From Octopus sinensis (lineage: Eukaryota): a stretch of DNA of 64,000 nucleotides. The notes below the pieces were generated by a model. That model was given only the letters and a program-made list of their open reading frames with translations, did no database searches and was not told the origin of the DNA. Location: the NCBI RefSeq assembly GCF_006345805.1, contig NC_043009.1, positions 30,504,001-30,568,000 of the forward strand. The letters run 5' to 3'. Positions 62,813-64,000 of the stretch are shown here, one piece after another. The first letter of the stretch is position 1. The number at the start of each line of letters is the position of its first letter. Both the position numbers and the translations under genes were made by a program.

Positions 62813-63728
62813 TATTAAGAGGAGGGTTAGAATATTTAGGCAGATACCGAATTTCTCGATGCATATATTATCAATATGTATACACATACACACACACACA
62901 CACACTCACTCACACACACACACACTCATATATATACTGTGTGTGCGTTTACGTTAATCTAACCTGAATAGTCGTACCGCACAATATATCAAATATCTTA
63001 AAATTCTGAAACATTTTCAGAAGAGGCACATGCAAGTGTAAAAACAAAACCAATAAATAAAACAGAAAAAAATACAAAAAAAAGAGGAAATTATAAGTAT
63101 CCAGAAATCCATGTCAGTTCGATGGAGAAAGATGACTGTGTCATCAATACAACTGCAGTAATGAGAAACTGAAGCTATTTCTAACTTTAATATTAGCAGC
63201 AAGTTTTTCATATTTATTTATCACCAGAGAATTATATCTCGATTTGTTTTCCGTCGCGTACTTTTCTTTTAGAATCAATTTCAATTTCTTGTTATTTGGT
63301 CACGGGAATGAATGAAAAAAAAAAAAAAAAAAACTGAATTCATCATTATTGGCTTGATAAGATATAACTATCTGTCTTCGTTATACCATTTCTCCATAAA
63401 TCATTATGTCTTGTGAATCAATTTCGCTCTCCATTTCTTTGAGTGTACATATACACGCACGCACACACACATTCAGCTATGTGTTTTTATACATATGATA
63501 TATATATATATATATAAATGCACACACACACACATATATGTATATATACATATGTAAGCATACACACACGGGTATATGAATTTAAAATATATGCAATAAT
63601 ATATTCATATACATGTGTGTGTATGTATATATATACATACATATATGTGCACACACATATACATATATATGTTATATACATATGTACATTACATGTATCT
63701 ATACACAAATATACACATGCGCATGTAT

Positions 63729-63785
<57 letters not shown>

Positions 63786-64000
63786 GTGAAATAGAAGATG
63801 AATAATCTTGTAGTAGATTAATCAAATGTTTAACCGATACCTTAGTAGCAAAAATCACAGCAGTAAACAGCACGGTTGGAGGTACAACCATCTGGCGTTG
63901 CAACCGTGCGTTGGTGCGGATAATTGAAATTAAAACATTATTGGTGAATTGAAGAAATGGAGCTGAACGCAGATTGAACAGAAATCGTTTTATTTCATTC

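Noticed and set aside
1-64000. Dozens of ORFs rich in YI, CV, HT, or poly-S/L/V/D/I
   Set aside because: They are translations of (TA)n, (TG)n, (CA)n and trinucleotide microsatellites, which lack stops in some frames. There is no evidence of coding function.

Overview
AT-rich, microsatellite-saturated eukaryotic DNA. The repeat landscape looks like an octopus (cephalopod) genome, but that is an inference I could not check by search. Almost all ORFs in the supplied track are translations of (TA)n, (CA)n or trinucleotide repeats. Recognisable coding remnants are all transposable-element derived: a 5'-truncated RTE LINE, three R4/Dong-type RLE-LINE fragments, a CR1/L2-type LINE 3' end and a mariner transposase N-terminus. 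Around 30 tRNA-derived SINE copies fall into about four families, alongside Helitron/Helentron-type non-autonomous elements and several local duplications. Three exon candidates on the minus strand (42.9-40.9 kb) chain in frame and may belong to an unidentified host gene. The standout is a 1.3-kb head-to-tail array of a ~495-bp unit at 45253-46575. Each unit carries a complete type I hammerhead ribozyme fold with an unusually large branched stem II, and the monomer is strongly self-complementary. This matches a non-LTR retrozyme, i.e. a circular-RNA-forming retroelement. At least three further repeat families carry minimal Penelope-type hammerheads with palindromic stem III, and one of them has a tRNA (Pol III) head. 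All ribozyme calls are hand-folded predictions, not demonstrated activities.
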